From NCBI GenBank assembly GCA_944393725.1, contig CALYBC010000009.1, forward strand, positions 210,099 to 274,098: a DNA stretch of 64,000 bases, in the 5' to 3' direction. The notes under the pieces are model-generated. The model did not search any database, was not told the DNA's origin, and worked only from the letters and a program-made list of their open reading frames with translations. Every line of letters starts with the position of its first letter. The first letter of the stretch is position 1. Below, piece after piece: positions 39,279-49,695 of the stretch. This DNA is from an uncultured Alphaproteobacteria bacterium. GTDB taxonomy: Bacteria > Pseudomonadota > Alphaproteobacteria > RF32 > CAG-239. The translations under genes and the position numbers were made by a program.

Positions 39279-40142
39279 TTATTTTTGCACAAACTCGTCT
39301 GCAACACTCTTATCAAGTAATGTTTCCAACTCTTTTTTGCGCCAGTCAAGCAAAACATTTTTATCAAAAATATCGGGCAAGTATTCGCGGTCTATTTTCG
39401 GACTTCCGGGATGTATCCCTATTTCTACCGTATCGTAGCCTTGCGGAATTTTGACCTGATTAAACTTATCGCGTGATAGTTTGCAAGTGTGAATAATACT
39501 GTAAAAATACACATTACTTTTGTATTTCCATAAAAGCTTATTTATAACGGCACAAGTTCCCAATACCAAATTTTTTATCAAGCCGCCATCTTTTAACCAT
39601 TCTTTATCCTTGGCTTGGCGAATGGTATAATAAGGATTTTCGTTTACAAATCTTATCCGCGGTATCTTATATTCCTCTTGCAGTTCTAGCAAAACCTTAA
39701 ACACCGTTGGTATCATGTGAACATGGCGATGAGAATCAAGATGACTAATCTTTATTCCGGCAGATAAAGCTTTTTCAATTTGAGCTTGCACCTCAATCTT
39801 TACCTGCCTTTTAAATTCTACGGGATTGGTTATTGATAATATCAACAAATTAACAAAGCCATGGCAAAATTTGCCATCTTTGCCTACCAATAAAGGTATG
39901 CGGTGTCTGGATAGTACCGGATATTCATTAGTCAAATTGACATGTAATCCGACTGCCAAATCCGGCATTTTTTTAGACATTTCTACTGCCTCATCGGCAT
40001 ATTTCAGATTTATCATTATGCTGGTAGAATTTAATACTCCTTTGGTGTGAGCTAAGGCAATAGCTTGGTTTACTCCGGGAGATATTCCAAAATCATCGGC
40101 ATTAAATATCTTTTTTAGCATCTTTTGCTTCCTTGGTTTCAT
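39279..40142 (-). CDS. YdjC/ChbG-family carbohydrate deacetylase
   Basis: N-terminal NADDFGISPGVNQAI and later HLDSHRHVH motifs typical of the YdjC superfamily. It overlaps the upstream GT2 gene. Confidence 0.8.
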   Translation of the reverse strand: MKPRKQKMLKKIFNADDFGISPGVNQAIALAHTKGVLNSTSIMINLKYADEAVEMSKKMPDLAVGLHVNLTNEYPVLSRHRIPLLVGKDGKFCHGFVNLLILSITNPVEFKRQVKIEVQAQIEKALSAGIKISHLDSHRHVHMIPTVFKVLLELQEEYKIPRIRFVNENPYYTIRQAKDKEWLKDGGLIKNLVLGTCAVINKLLWKYKSNVYFYSIIHTCKLSRDKFNQVKIPQGYDTVEIGIHPGSPKIDREYLPDIFDKNVLLDWRKKELETLLDKSVADEFVQK

Positions 40143-41064
40143 ATTCTGCTATATATAGCGGGCGTTTTTTTACTTCCATATGTATCTTACCGATATATTC
40201 ACCGATAATTCCTAAAACAATTAACTGTACCGAACCGATAAAAATTACCGTGGTCATGATAGTAGCATATCCGGGGGTCGGATGTCTTAAAATGAAATGT
40301 TCAATTATAACATATAGTCCTAAAATGCCGGATATAAAGGCAGTTATCAGCCCTAAATATATCGACAAACGCAACGGCTTGGTTGAAAATTGCACAATGC
40401 TGTTTAAAGCCAGAGCCAAAGATTTGCGAAAGTTGTATTTGGAAGTACCGGCAAATCTCTCGGGAGCTACAAAATCTATGACTTTTACTTTGTCATTCGG
40501 CATAGCCCAAGATAAAAGCCCTCGAAATAGACGATCATGTTCGTTAAATTTTTTCAATACTTCAATATAGCTACGGTCAATAAGGCGAAAATCCGGTGTC
40601 TTGGCCGGTATTTTGGTATCGGATAAAAAGTTCAAAATTTTGTAAAAGCTGGCCGCACAAAAATCATAGAACTTTGAAGTATCTTGATTTTCTACTCTCT
40701 TGGTTAAGACAATTTCACAGCCCTCTTGCCAATATTTCACCATATCTTTGATATAAAACGGCGGATGTTGCAAATCGGCATCCATAAAAATTACCGCGTC
40801 GCCTTTGGCATAATCCATGCCTGCCGTCATGGCTATCTCGTGACCGAAGTTGCGTTTTAGGTGGACAATCTTGACATGGGAATCTTTGGCTTGCAACTTT
40901 TGGCACTTGGTATAAGTGTCATCTGATGAACCGTCATCAACAAATATAAGCTCATATTCTTTTAGCGGTAATTCTTTAATTACCTTGTTTAGCTCTTTGT
41001 AAAGTTCATTTATACTCTCGCCTTCGTTATAGGCCGATATAACAACGCTTACGCTGTCTTTCAT
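40102..41064 (-). CDS. Polyprenyl-phosphate glycosyltransferase (GT2, ArnC/GtrB-like)
   Basis: VSVVISAYNE...FVDDGSSD...MDADLQHPP plus two C-terminal TM helices. Confidence 0.8.
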   Translation of the reverse strand: MKDSVSVVISAYNEGESINELYKELNKVIKELPLKEYELIFVDDGSSDDTYTKCQKLQAKDSHVKIVHLKRNFGHEIAMTAGMDYAKGDAVIFMDADLQHPPFYIKDMVKYWQEGCEIVLTKRVENQDTSKFYDFCAASFYKILNFLSDTKIPAKTPDFRLIDRSYIEVLKKFNEHDRLFRGLLSWAMPNDKVKVIDFVAPERFAGTSKYNFRKSLALALNSIVQFSTKPLRLSIYLGLITAFISGILGLYVIIEHFILRHPTPGYATIMTTVIFIGSVQLIVLGIIGEYIGKIHMEVKKRPLYIAEYETKEAKDAKKDI

Positions 41065-42485
41065 TTGTTTTCTCCTGCGATTGTACCATAATAAAGCGGA
41101 TATTCTTTTACTTTGCCGGTCGGTGTTTCAACCTTGAGCAAATATATATCAGGTTCCGGCAAATTAGTAAAGTTTTTTTGATATTGGCGATAGGTCCATA
41201 AATTTTCTTCAACCACCAAAATTCCTTGTTTTTTGACATCTGCCATATCAATCCACGGATTGGTTTGCGGCGTCATCATAAATAACACCGAGGGATGGTT
41301 GTCGGCATAACTTCCGATTGTCGACGCCAACCACACACTTCCTCCGACATATGCATAATTATTGCCTTTTACCGCAGAGGTAAAGTCTTTGGCATCTAAA
41401 TTAAATTTTGCACTGTCGGTAAATAAACACTGCAAACAAAAAGCAAGAGCAAAAGCCAATAATGCTCCGTAACATGATCTTATTAAAGCTTGATATTGTG
41501 GTTTAATATCAAACGGCAACCAAGTGAAAAAGCATATGCCGAGCATGTACATAACCGGAGATCCCCACATGCTGCGCAACTTTATTCCCAGCACCAAAGA
41601 TATTGCTGCCATTAGCAAAACCGGCAAAACTCCGGCAAAGAAAATCAACTTTCTGTCGCTACTTTTTACGAATATTTCTTCTTTGGGTGATTTCTTGTAG
41701 GCAACAAACAAAATTATGAGAGCTAAAGCAGAAGTCATAATTTGCGAGCCGATAAACTTGATGGGATATACAATATGAGCTAAGCCATACGGCATAACTT
41801 TGCCGTCGCCGGAACGGCTTAAGAAATAATCTATTACAAACCAATCGTGCTCATAAAGCCACCAAATATGCGGGGCTATCAGCAAAGCCGCCACCATGGC
41901 TGCAAAATATAACTTCCAAGATTTTAGTGCTGCTCTGCCCTCTTTGGTGCAAATGATATAAGCTCCCAAGCAAATAAATAATATACCTGAAACATATTTA
42001 TTTATCATGTTTAGTCCGGCAAAAACACCAAACATAAACCAGAAATAAAGTTTGTCTTCTCTCATAGCTCTGGCGAAATAATAAGTGGCGGCGGGCCACA
42101 ACATCAGAGCAATGATATTTACATTATATTCGGGAGTTACCAAACTGTAATAAGCAACGGCCTCCAACACAAGCGCCGAAACAAGAGCTTTTTCTTCACT
42201 CAAAAATAGCTTGCCCAGCTTGTATACATAAAACAGACCGCCGATAATAAACAACTGGCTCAAAACATATAATGATGCTGGATGAGCAAAAATATCGTAA
42301 AAAATGGCTGCAAACCAACCAGACAACGGGGGATGCTTATTGGTTCCCCATTCGCCGATAAAACCCCAAATAAGAGCCTCAGCAGAATCCATGGGCAAGT
42401 TTGGTCTTAGTACAATCGGCAAAATTGACCAGATAATTAAGTGGCATAATAAAAAAACAGCCAAAGTCTTATTTGTTTTCATCAT
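41061..42485 (-). CDS. ArnT/PMT-like polyprenyl-phosphate-sugar-dependent glycosyltransferase (GT39/GT83-like)
   Basis: 474 aa with roughly 11-12 TM helices and N-terminal loop motif DSAEAL.WG...KHPPLSGW. ATGA overlap with the ArnC-like gene. Confidence 0.7.
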   Translation of the reverse strand: MMKTNKTLAVFLLCHLIIWSILPIVLRPNLPMDSAEALIWGFIGEWGTNKHPPLSGWFAAIFYDIFAHPASLYVLSQLFIIGGLFYVYKLGKLFLSEEKALVSALVLEAVAYYSLVTPEYNVNIIALMLWPAATYYFARAMREDKLYFWFMFGVFAGLNMINKYVSGILFICLGAYIICTKEGRAALKSWKLYFAAMVAALLIAPHIWWLYEHDWFVIDYFLSRSGDGKVMPYGLAHIVYPIKFIGSQIMTSALALIILFVAYKKSPKEEIFVKSSDRKLIFFAGVLPVLLMAAISLVLGIKLRSMWGSPVMYMLGICFFTWLPFDIKPQYQALIRSCYGALLAFALAFCLQCLFTDSAKFNLDAKDFTSAVKGNNYAYVGGSVWLASTIGSYADNHPSVLFMMTPQTNPWIDMADVKKQGILVVEENLWTYRQYQKNFTNLPEPDIYLLKVETPTGKVKEYPLYYGTIAGENK

Positions 42486-42539
42486 AAAGCCTCCCTTTTA
42501 TTAGCTGATATCTTATTATTTTGCCGCTTAAAAGCAAGA

Positions 42540-42577
42540 AAAAAGGCGTTCTTTTCAAATTAAAAAGAACGCCTTTT
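42540..42577 (-). terminator. Rho-independent terminator downstream of the porin-like gene
   Basis: AAGGCGTTCTTT-loop-AAAGAACGCCTT flanked by A and T tracts. Confidence 0.75.
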
Positions 42578-42600
42578 AATGTTTAAATATTATTCAGAAA

Positions 42601-43380
42601 TTAGAACAATACTTTAGCATTCAAACCAAAGGTGTAACCATAGTCTACATCTTTATGGCCTTCACCACCGAGATAGTAGTCACCGAATGCACCAACGGTT
42701 ACATTGTCGCTTACAAAGTAGTTAGCAGCTAATTCAACATACCAAGCTTCATCGTATTCACTAGATCCGAAGTCATAACGGAAGCCGGCATCAGCAGACA
42801 TCTTCATCCATGCTTTGTGAGCACCTAAGAACCAAGAATATTCTTGATCTCTGTCGGCTTGGTCAATATTACCATTCATAGTGAATGATGTATAGGGAGT
42901 AAAGTCGCAACCCATGTCATAACCCAACTTTACTTCACCAGACAAAATCTTTTCCCAACGGTTGGTATTGTATTCATGACCTTCACCGCTCTTGCCATAC
43001 CAAGAACGAGGATCAAAAGTATTGTAAGAGAAACCAACTTGAGTCAAAACTCTACCAAAGTTGTGGTTGTATTTAACACCCAAACCATAGTAGAAGTTAT
43101 GGTCGTTGTTATAGTCTTCATTTACATCGAATTCGTTACCAATAGTACCGACAACAGCGAGGTTATCCATCAAACCAACGGTAACTTGTTCAGTTGCTTT
43201 CAAGCTCTTCTCAACATCTTCAAAGCCATCGTCAATTTTCAAACGAGACATTTCAACAGAAGTGTCAGACAATACTTTACCTGTTGTCGGCAAGAAGAAC
43301 GGATTGGTGATATCAGCAGCAAAAGCTGATGAAGTAAACATAACAGCTGCAGAAGCAAGCAACATTGTTCTAAATTTCAT
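42601..43380 (-). CDS. Outer-membrane beta-barrel (porin-like) protein
   Basis: Signal peptide ending SSAFA, alternating aromatic/Gly-rich beta-strand pattern, C-terminal Phe. Confidence 0.6.
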   Translation of the reverse strand: MKFRTMLLASAAVMFTSSAFAADITNPFFLPTTGKVLSDTSVEMSRLKIDDGFEDVEKSLKATEQVTVGLMDNLAVVGTIGNEFDVNEDYNNDHNFYYGLGVKYNHNFGRVLTQVGFSYNTFDPRSWYGKSGEGHEYNTNRWEKILSGEVKLGYDMGCDFTPYTSFTMNGNIDQADRDQEYSWFLGAHKAWMKMSADAGFRYDFGSSEYDEAWYVELAANYFVSDNVTVGAFGDYYLGGEGHKDVDYGYTFGLNAKVLF

Positions 43381-43591
43381 AAAAACTCTCCTTAAATTTG
43401 TTAAAATTTTAACATATAGCCTCTACGGACTATGTGATGAGCGTATTGTAGTTTTTTACAAAAGCCAAATCACAAAATGTTTCAAACTATATCAAAAGTA
43501 TATTTCGGTATGTTTATATCCGTATTTGGCTGTTGTAAGAGTATAGTATTTAGGTTAACATATGGTAAATTTATATGAAAGGACTATAAAA

Positions 43592-44038
43592 ATGAAACTA
43601 AAAGTTAAGTACCTAAGCCCTGATATTCTGCCACTTTGCTCCAAATTTGACGATAGCGGATATGACTTGAGAGCTTACTTAAAAGAATCCGTTATCATCC
43701 CTCCTAAAAGTATTGCAACAATCCCTACAGGTATTTGTTTGGAGCTTGTGGATTATCCCAAAGATGAATTTACTTCCGCCGAACTGCAAATTCGTCCGCG
43801 TTCCGGGCTTACTAAAGCCGGAATTATTGCTCAGCTCGGAACGGTTGATGTGTCATACCGAGGGGAAATCAAAGTAAATCTTATGAATTTCAGCAATAAT
43901 GACTATGAAGTTAAACCAGGAGAGCGAATCGCTCAAATTGTAATTTGTCCGGTATACAAACCATTAATAGAATCGGCAATGGAATTATCCAATACAGAAC
44001 GCGGCGAAAAAGGGTTTGGTTCAAGCGGTAAAGCCTAA
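43592..44038 (+). CDS. dut: dUTP diphosphatase
   Basis: SGYDLRA, RSGL, GTVDVSYRGEI, GERIAQ and a C-terminal RGEKGFGSSG. ATG 43592 follows AAAGGA. The track's ATG 43562 is an alternative. Confidence 0.9.
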   Translation: MKLKVKYLSPDILPLCSKFDDSGYDLRAYLKESVIIPPKSIATIPTGICLELVDYPKDEFTSAELQIRPRSGLTKAGIIAQLGTVDVSYRGEIKVNLMNFSNNDYEVKPGERIAQIVICPVYKPLIESAMELSNTERGEKGFGSSGKA

Positions 44039-44060
44039 AAGGTTGCAGAATCGACTTAGT

Positions 44061-44095
44061 AAAAGCCTCATAAAACTCAATTTTATGAGGTTTTT
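44061..44095. terminator. Bidirectional terminator
   Basis: CCTCATAAAA-CTCAA-TTTTATGAGG followed by T5. Confidence 0.75.
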
Positions 44096-44118
44096 GTATA
44101 TCGAATTTTATTCGATTT

Positions 44119-45105
44119 CTATACTTTAATTGATATATCTTTGCCGGATTTTTTTTGTCTTATCAGCTTTCTATAGGTCAAATATCTGTTGAGCTTGTGT
44201 CCTCTCCAAGATATAAGGCCTTTGTTATCTAAATCGACCAATTCTTTTGCAAATTCTTCAAACATCATGGGCTTTTGCTCTGCAGAGGCGTTTTTACATC
44301 TGGCCAGCTGCTGTCTTAAGGCAATCGGAATAAATTTTTGTTTTATAAAATTAAGTTCTTTTTTGAATTGCGGAGCTTTATATAACTCGTAAACATAGTT
44401 TAATCCGACAGAATAGTCTTTTATTTGCTTAGGATTGCCATCGGCGTTGGAAATTGAGCCGTCATTGTTTACATAATAATACAGCTTTTCTTGCGTTATT
44501 ACCGTTTTGGGATGTCTTTTCAAAACCTCAAAAAGATGGGGATAATCCTCAAACTGTATATGAGGTATAAACTCAATCCCGTCCAATATTCCTTTTTTAT
44601 ATAGTTTGGTCCAGGTGTTGATATGTATTCGATTTTTCTCATGGTGATAACCTAAAAATAATGGAGCTGTAGTTATTTTTGCTTCAACCTTAGTTATATC
44701 AATAACCGGAGTTTCGAACTTTTCTTTTTTCTCGTTATAGCATTCAAAATTGACTAAATCCGCATCATATTTTTGGGCCAGATAATATGATACTTCCAAT
44801 AGTTGCGGATGAATATAGTCATCGGAATCAAGAAAATATATGTACTCCCCGCGAGCAAGCTTTTTGCCATTATTGCGAGCCATGGACAATCCCTGATTTT
44901 CTTGTTCCACGACACAAAACCTGTTATCTCTGCTTGCATATTCATTTAGGATATCAATACTGTTGTCGGGACTGCCATCATTTACACAAATGACCTCAAA
45001 ATCATCAAATGTCTGGGACAAAATACTATCCAAGCACCGCCTTAGGTATTTTTCGACTTTATAAACCGGAACTATAATAGATACTTTTGGCTGTTCTTTG
45101 CTCAT
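44119..45105 (-). CDS. Glycosyltransferase family 2
   Basis: VSIIVPVYKVEKYL...VICVNDGSPDNS and LDSDD motifs. Confidence 0.8.
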   Translation of the reverse strand: MSKEQPKVSIIVPVYKVEKYLRRCLDSILSQTFDDFEVICVNDGSPDNSIDILNEYASRDNRFCVVEQENQGLSMARNNGKKLARGEYIYFLDSDDYIHPQLLEVSYYLAQKYDADLVNFECYNEKKEKFETPVIDITKVEAKITTAPLFLGYHHEKNRIHINTWTKLYKKGILDGIEFIPHIQFEDYPHLFEVLKRHPKTVITQEKLYYYVNNDGSISNADGNPKQIKDYSVGLNYVYELYKAPQFKKELNFIKQKFIPIALRQQLARCKNASAEQKPMMFEEFAKELVDLDNKGLISWRGHKLNRYLTYRKLIRQKKSGKDISIKV

Positions 45106-45162
45106 AGATGAATTTCCTTTATCATAAAATAAACTCTTTTGTTTTGATATGCAAAAAACGAC

Positions 45163-46092
45163 TTAGTTTATTTTCTCTTTGTAGTAACTTATCATATCGG
45201 TAATTGTTTGATTTATATTCTTCTTCTGTTGCCACCCGAGGGATTTAAGCTTACTGTTATCTCCGGATATTAACATGGTATCATTGGGGCGAATACGGCT
45301 TTTATCAATAACTATTTCACATTTTATTTCCAAAATATCTTCGGCTATTTGGATAATATCTTTTAACTGATAAGCCTGTCCGGAGCATACATTATAAATT
45401 TCGCCAGTTTGGCCTTTGATTAATATTTTGTAATATGCACTGACGACATCTCGAACATCCAAAAAATCTCTGGAAATATCTATATTTCCGACTTCCAACT
45501 TGTCCTGGTAGCCTTTACTGATTTTTACCAACTGATTTATAAATGACGGAATAACAAATCGTTCACTCTGGCGTGGGCCAATATGATTAAACGATCTTGT
45601 CATAACTACATCGCATCCATAGGCTATCGTAAAAAACCGACAAATTACCTCTTGTGATATTTTGGCTATTGCATATGGATTGCTTGCATTTAAGGACGCA
45701 TTTTCCCTAATCGGTAAGTTATCACATTTTCCGTATTCCTCTGATGATCCGATAGACAATATGCGACATTTAATATCATTGTTACTGACAGCCCGCAATA
45801 TATTATATATGGCGGCATTGTTATTCTCAAAACAATCTTGGGGATTTTCCCAACTCTGGGCTACAGAACTCATAGATGCTAAATGTATAATATAATCAGG
45901 ACAAAAATTTGCAATGACTTTCTCGGTAGTTTCTCCATCACAAAGATTTAATTGCTTATAGTCAATATCAATGTAACATCCTGAAGCTATATCAACCCCA
46001 ACAATTTTAGCGTCTGCGTCTTGTGAAAGTATATATTCGACAAGGTACCTGCCCACAAATCCTGCAACACCTGTAATTAAATATTTTGCCAT
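45163..46092 (-). CDS. rmd: GDP-4-dehydro-6-deoxy-D-mannose reductase (Rmd-like extended SDR)
   Basis: ITGVAGFVG, NPYAIAK, SFNHIGPRQ..FVIPS and LEVGNIDISRDFLDVRDV...YNVCSG closely follow my recollection of Pseudomonas Rmd. Adjacent to gmd. Confidence 0.75.
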   Translation of the reverse strand: MAKYLITGVAGFVGRYLVEYILSQDADAKIVGVDIASGCYIDIDYKQLNLCDGETTEKVIANFCPDYIIHLASMSSVAQSWENPQDCFENNNAAIYNILRAVSNNDIKCRILSIGSSEEYGKCDNLPIRENASLNASNPYAIAKISQEVICRFFTIAYGCDVVMTRSFNHIGPRQSERFVIPSFINQLVKISKGYQDKLEVGNIDISRDFLDVRDVVSAYYKILIKGQTGEIYNVCSGQAYQLKDIIQIAEDILEIKCEIVIDKSRIRPNDTMLISGDNSKLKSLGWQQKKNINQTITDMISYYKEKIN

Positions 46093-46106
46093 AAAGTTTC
46101 CTTTGC

Positions 46107-47180
46107 TTAATCCGGATACTTGGTATTTACTTCAAATCCGTTCTCTCTTAAAAGTTTTTCCTTTTGTGCCAGTTTAAGATCTTCTGCAACCATTTCTTTT
46201 GTCAGAGCCTGAAGGTCATATTGCGGTTTCCAACCGAGCTTTGTTCTTGCTTTGGTACTATCTCCCAGTAATAGTTCAACTTCGGCCGGACGGAAAAATT
46301 TGGGATTAACTGCCACAACCGTCTTGCCGGTAGCTTTGTCGATAGCCTTTTCACTAACCCCTTCTCCGCTCCATTCAAGCTCTATATCTAATTCCGCAAA
46401 TACCATCTTGACAAAATCACGGATAGAGGTGGTGGTACCGGTTGCCAAGACAAAATCATCGGGCTTGTCGGCTTGGAGCATGCGCCACATACCTTCGACA
46501 TAATCCTTGGCATGACCCCAATCGCGTTTGGCATCCATATTACCAAGATATAGGCAATCTTGCAATCCTTCTTTAATTCTGGTTGCGGCCAATGTTATTT
46601 TGCGAGTAACAAAATTTTCTCCTCGTCTCGGACTTTCGTGGTTGAACAATATGCCGTTGCAAGCAAACATATCATAGCTTTCTCGGTAATTTACCGTAAT
46701 CCAATAACCATAGAGCTTAGCCACACCGTATGGCGAACGAGGATAAAAAGGCGTTTTTTCTGATTGTATCGGTTCTTGAATGAGGCCAAAAAGCTCTGAT
46801 GTCGAGGCTTGGTAAAAACGTGTTTTTTTAGTTAAACCATTTACCTTGATTGCCTCCAACAAGCGTAGTGTACCTAAAGCATCACTTTCGGCCGTAAATT
46901 CCGGACAATCCCACGAAATCTTAACATGTGATTGGGCACCTAAATTGTAAATTTCATCTGGTTCCAGTTCCTTTACCAAACGAATTATGTTTATTGAATC
47001 GGTTAAATCTCCGTAATGAAGACGAAGATTAGAATTGTTTAACAAATGCTCTATTCTTTGAGTGTTATACGATGAGCTGCGGCGCACAAGCCCATGTACT
47101 TCATAGCCTTTATTTAATAACAATTCTGCCAAATAAGATCCGTCCTGTCCGGTGATGCCTGTAATCAAAGCTATTTTCAT
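46107..47180 (-). CDS. gmd: GDP-mannose 4,6-dehydratase
   Basis: [33 protein letters not shown] and NHESPRRG motifs. Confidence 0.95.
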   Translation of the reverse strand: MKIALITGITGQDGSYLAELLLNKGYEVHGLVRRSSSYNTQRIEHLLNNSNLRLHYGDLTDSINIIRLVKELEPDEIYNLGAQSHVKISWDCPEFTAESDALGTLRLLEAIKVNGLTKKTRFYQASTSELFGLIQEPIQSEKTPFYPRSPYGVAKLYGYWITVNYRESYDMFACNGILFNHESPRRGENFVTRKITLAATRIKEGLQDCLYLGNMDAKRDWGHAKDYVEGMWRMLQADKPDDFVLATGTTTSIRDFVKMVFAELDIELEWSGEGVSEKAIDKATGKTVVAVNPKFFRPAEVELLLGDSTKARTKLGWKPQYDLQALTKEMVAEDLKLAQKEKLLRENGFEVNTKYPD

Positions 47181-47182
47181 AA

Positions 47183-48397
47183 TCAGTTATCCTTATTGCA
47201 TTGTTGTGTTATTGTACTTATTAAAATTTCTGCTGTTTTATCCCAACTAAAATCTTTGGCTCTAGCCAGGCTTTTAGCAGATAATTCTGCCCTTAACTCT
47301 TTATTTTGGTATACCTTTGCCAGTATTGAGGCCGTTTCTTTTTCATTGTGGCCGGATATATATAAAACCGCATCACCCCCAACTTCCGGTAAGGAACTGT
47401 TGTTTGCGGAGATTACCGGCGTACCGCATTGCATAGCCTCAAGTATTGGCAAACCAAACCCTTCATAGAGGCTGGGATAAATAAACGCCAAGGCTCCGTT
47501 GTAAAGCGGTGCAAGGTCATCTTCATCCACATAACCAGTTTGTATTATTTTTTCTTTATACTTATCAAGATTTGCCACTTGTTTGGTAACATCTTCATAG
47601 CCTTTGCGTATAGGTCCGACCAAAACCAAATAAATATCCTCTGCCTTTGTTTCTTCTAAAAACTTAACAAATGATTTTAGCAAATGCACAAAATTTTTAC
47701 GCGGGTTAAGTTCCGATACACCAAGGAAATATTTATCAGCCTTTATCTTGTACTTATCTTTGACATCTTTGATAACTTTGGGATTTTTTATCGGTCTAAA
47801 ACCAGAATCCGCACCCAAGTAAATCTTGTGGATCGGACGATCTGACAAATCGGGCCTAAACTTTAGTAAATCTTTGGTAGTATAGTCGGATATTGAAAAG
47901 AACACATCTGAATCCACGCGTTTCATTTGTTTGCTGAATTTATTAACAAATTTTCTATCATAACCCGTCGGAAAAAATACCGGTATTAAATCTTGCACGA
48001 CCAGAAAGGTTGATATGTTTTTGCAAGTTTCAATAACCGGTGGGACTCTGTTGAAAGTAGACATATATCCGTCATATTTTTGCAACTCCTTATAATATTT
48101 GATTTTGCAAAAAATTCCGAGCATATATGCCATAATTTTTTCAAAAATACCGTTGCATTTGGTTGTGGATTTAAGCTCTTTCATTGATACAACTTTATCT
48201 TGCAACCATTCCAATGAGTGGAGCTTGAGATATTTTATAATATCATTGTTCTTTGAGGTGATAACGGGATATACTTCAACCGTATCTGATTTTGCAAGAT
48301 AACTCAGAAGTATTGTCGTCTCTTTATATATGCCTGTTCCCTTGCCTATGCATGACAACACATAGTCCATATCAAACAACAACTTTATTTTTTTCAT
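47183..48397 (-). CDS. Glycosyltransferase family 4
   Basis: C-terminal [18 protein letters not shown] motif; 4-nt overlap with the upstream gene. Confidence 0.8.
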   Translation of the reverse strand: MKKIKLLFDMDYVLSCIGKGTGIYKETTILLSYLAKSDTVEVYPVITSKNNDIIKYLKLHSLEWLQDKVVSMKELKSTTKCNGIFEKIMAYMLGIFCKIKYYKELQKYDGYMSTFNRVPPVIETCKNISTFLVVQDLIPVFFPTGYDRKFVNKFSKQMKRVDSDVFFSISDYTTKDLLKFRPDLSDRPIHKIYLGADSGFRPIKNPKVIKDVKDKYKIKADKYFLGVSELNPRKNFVHLLKSFVKFLEETKAEDIYLVLVGPIRKGYEDVTKQVANLDKYKEKIIQTGYVDEDDLAPLYNGALAFIYPSLYEGFGLPILEAMQCGTPVISANNSSLPEVGGDAVLYISGHNEKETASILAKVYQNKELRAELSAKSLARAKDFSWDKTAEILISTITQQCNKDN

Positions 48398-48828
48398 TTG
48401 TTATTCCAGTTGTTTAATATCCAAGATGATGAATTTGCCTTATTATCTCCGCCTACTCCAAATGCTAATTCTACTTTGCATTCTTCACATACCGGACATT
48501 CAGGAATATTGTCTTTGCCTCTGTCGCCGCCGTTAGCAAACACTAAATGATCATCGGGATATTTACTTCTCACTTTGCGAATACCATCAGATGCCGAATT
48601 GTCGCTGTCATCAAACTCTAATACATCTATAACACCCTTAAGATTTTCTAAAATTGCCCTTCTTGTTTTTATTGAATGGAAATTTTTGCCTTTTTTGCGA
48701 CGCAACCAATCATCAGAATTTGCCAGAACAATGACGCCGTCAGATGCTTCTGCCGAAGCTTTTATCATAGCAATATGACCTTCATGTATAGGGTCAAAAC
48801 CTCCTGAAACTATGTAATATGTTGCCAT
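48394..48828 (-). CDS. Cytidylyl/adenylyltransferase-like nucleotidyltransferase
   Basis: SGGFDPIHEGHI (HxGH) motif. ATG 48828 gives MATYYIVSGG. The track's TTG 48879 extension is unlikely. Confidence 0.6.
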   Translation of the reverse strand: MATYYIVSGGFDPIHEGHIAMIKASAEASDGVIVLANSDDWLRRKKGKNFHSIKTRRAILENLKGVIDVLEFDDSDNSASDGIRKVRSKYPDDHLVFANGGDRGKDNIPECPVCEECKVELAFGVGGDNKANSSSWILNNWNNK

Positions 48829-49050
48829 CTTATTTGCCTTCTTTTGTTTTTTGGGAATTATTTTAATATATATCCTCAAATATGACTATATTATTCCTTA
48901 CCACCGCCCATTTAGACCTTAATACGCGGATTGACGGGGATTTTTTGTTAATATGTATATCGCTATACCGCTTCCGTACTTTTCCACGGTTCACTACATT
49001 TTTTATGTAATTTATATCGGCATGACATACCTATAACCCATTTTTATAAA

Positions 49051-49079
49051 TTGCCGTAATAAAACCGGTTTTGTATAAT
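49051..49079 (+). promoter_or_regulatory. Sigma70-like promoter TTGCCG-N17-TATAAT
   Basis: Read directly from the sequence. No ORF lies downstream before the terminator at 49265-49298. AT-rich context makes chance hexamers common. Confidence 0.3.
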
Positions 49080-49228
49080 GTATATATTGCTACTATACTT
49101 ATATGTATTTGTCTACCTTTTTTTCCTTCGTTTGAATAAAAAGATTTGCTTAAAAATTAAATATAACTTAGCAAAACGAATCGAATAAGAAATTTAATAT
49201 TTAACTCTTATCAACTATGGAGGAGGCG

Positions 49229-49349
49229 AAAATATTGAACCCTACGAGCCAGAGCTAGCAACGCAAAAACTCCGAGGATTTGTATCCTCGGAGTTTTTAG
49301 AAATATGGATATTGTTCAATATATATGGTGCCGGTTATGTGACTCGAAC
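49229..49349. repeat. Direct repeat copy 1 (121 bp): region downstream of tRNA-Thr, its terminator, and the tRNA 3' end
   Basis: 3 mismatches versus 49503-49623 (offset 274 bp). Contains the hairpin CTCCGAGGA-TTTGTA-TCCTCGGAG at 49265-49298. Confidence 0.95.
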
Positions 49350-49374
49350 TCTACCCCCTAAGCATTACGAATGC
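49326..49374 (-). pseudogene. tRNA-Thr fragment (3' two-thirds, T-stem disrupted, 5' third missing)
   Basis: The last 23 nt including CCA and the 13-nt anticodon stem-loop core GCATTCGTAATGC are identical to the intact gene. The variable and T-stem 5' strand has diverged. Confidence 0.7.
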
Positions 49375-49502
49375 GGCGAGGATAAAAAAAGCCAAAAGTA
49401 ATTGGCTTTTTTACCGTAGGTTACGCCCTTGTCGGTTTGTTTGGCTTTGCTTTTGCAATGCAAAGCAAACCCTATAAGGGCGGTGACCGAAGCGAGTTGG
49501 CT

Positions 49503-49599
49503 AAAATATTGAGCCCTACGAGCCAGAGCTAGCAACGCAAAAACTCCGAGGATTTGTATCCTCGGAGTTTTTAGAAATATGGATATTATTCAATATACA

Positions 49600-49623
<24 letters not shown>
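49503..49623. repeat. Direct repeat copy 2 (overlaps the intact tRNA-Thr 3' end)
   Basis: Partner of 49229-49349; terminator hairpin at 49539-49572. Confidence 0.95.
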
Positions 49624-49675
<52 letters not shown>

Positions 49676-49695
49676 TCACAACGTTCTACCTTCTA

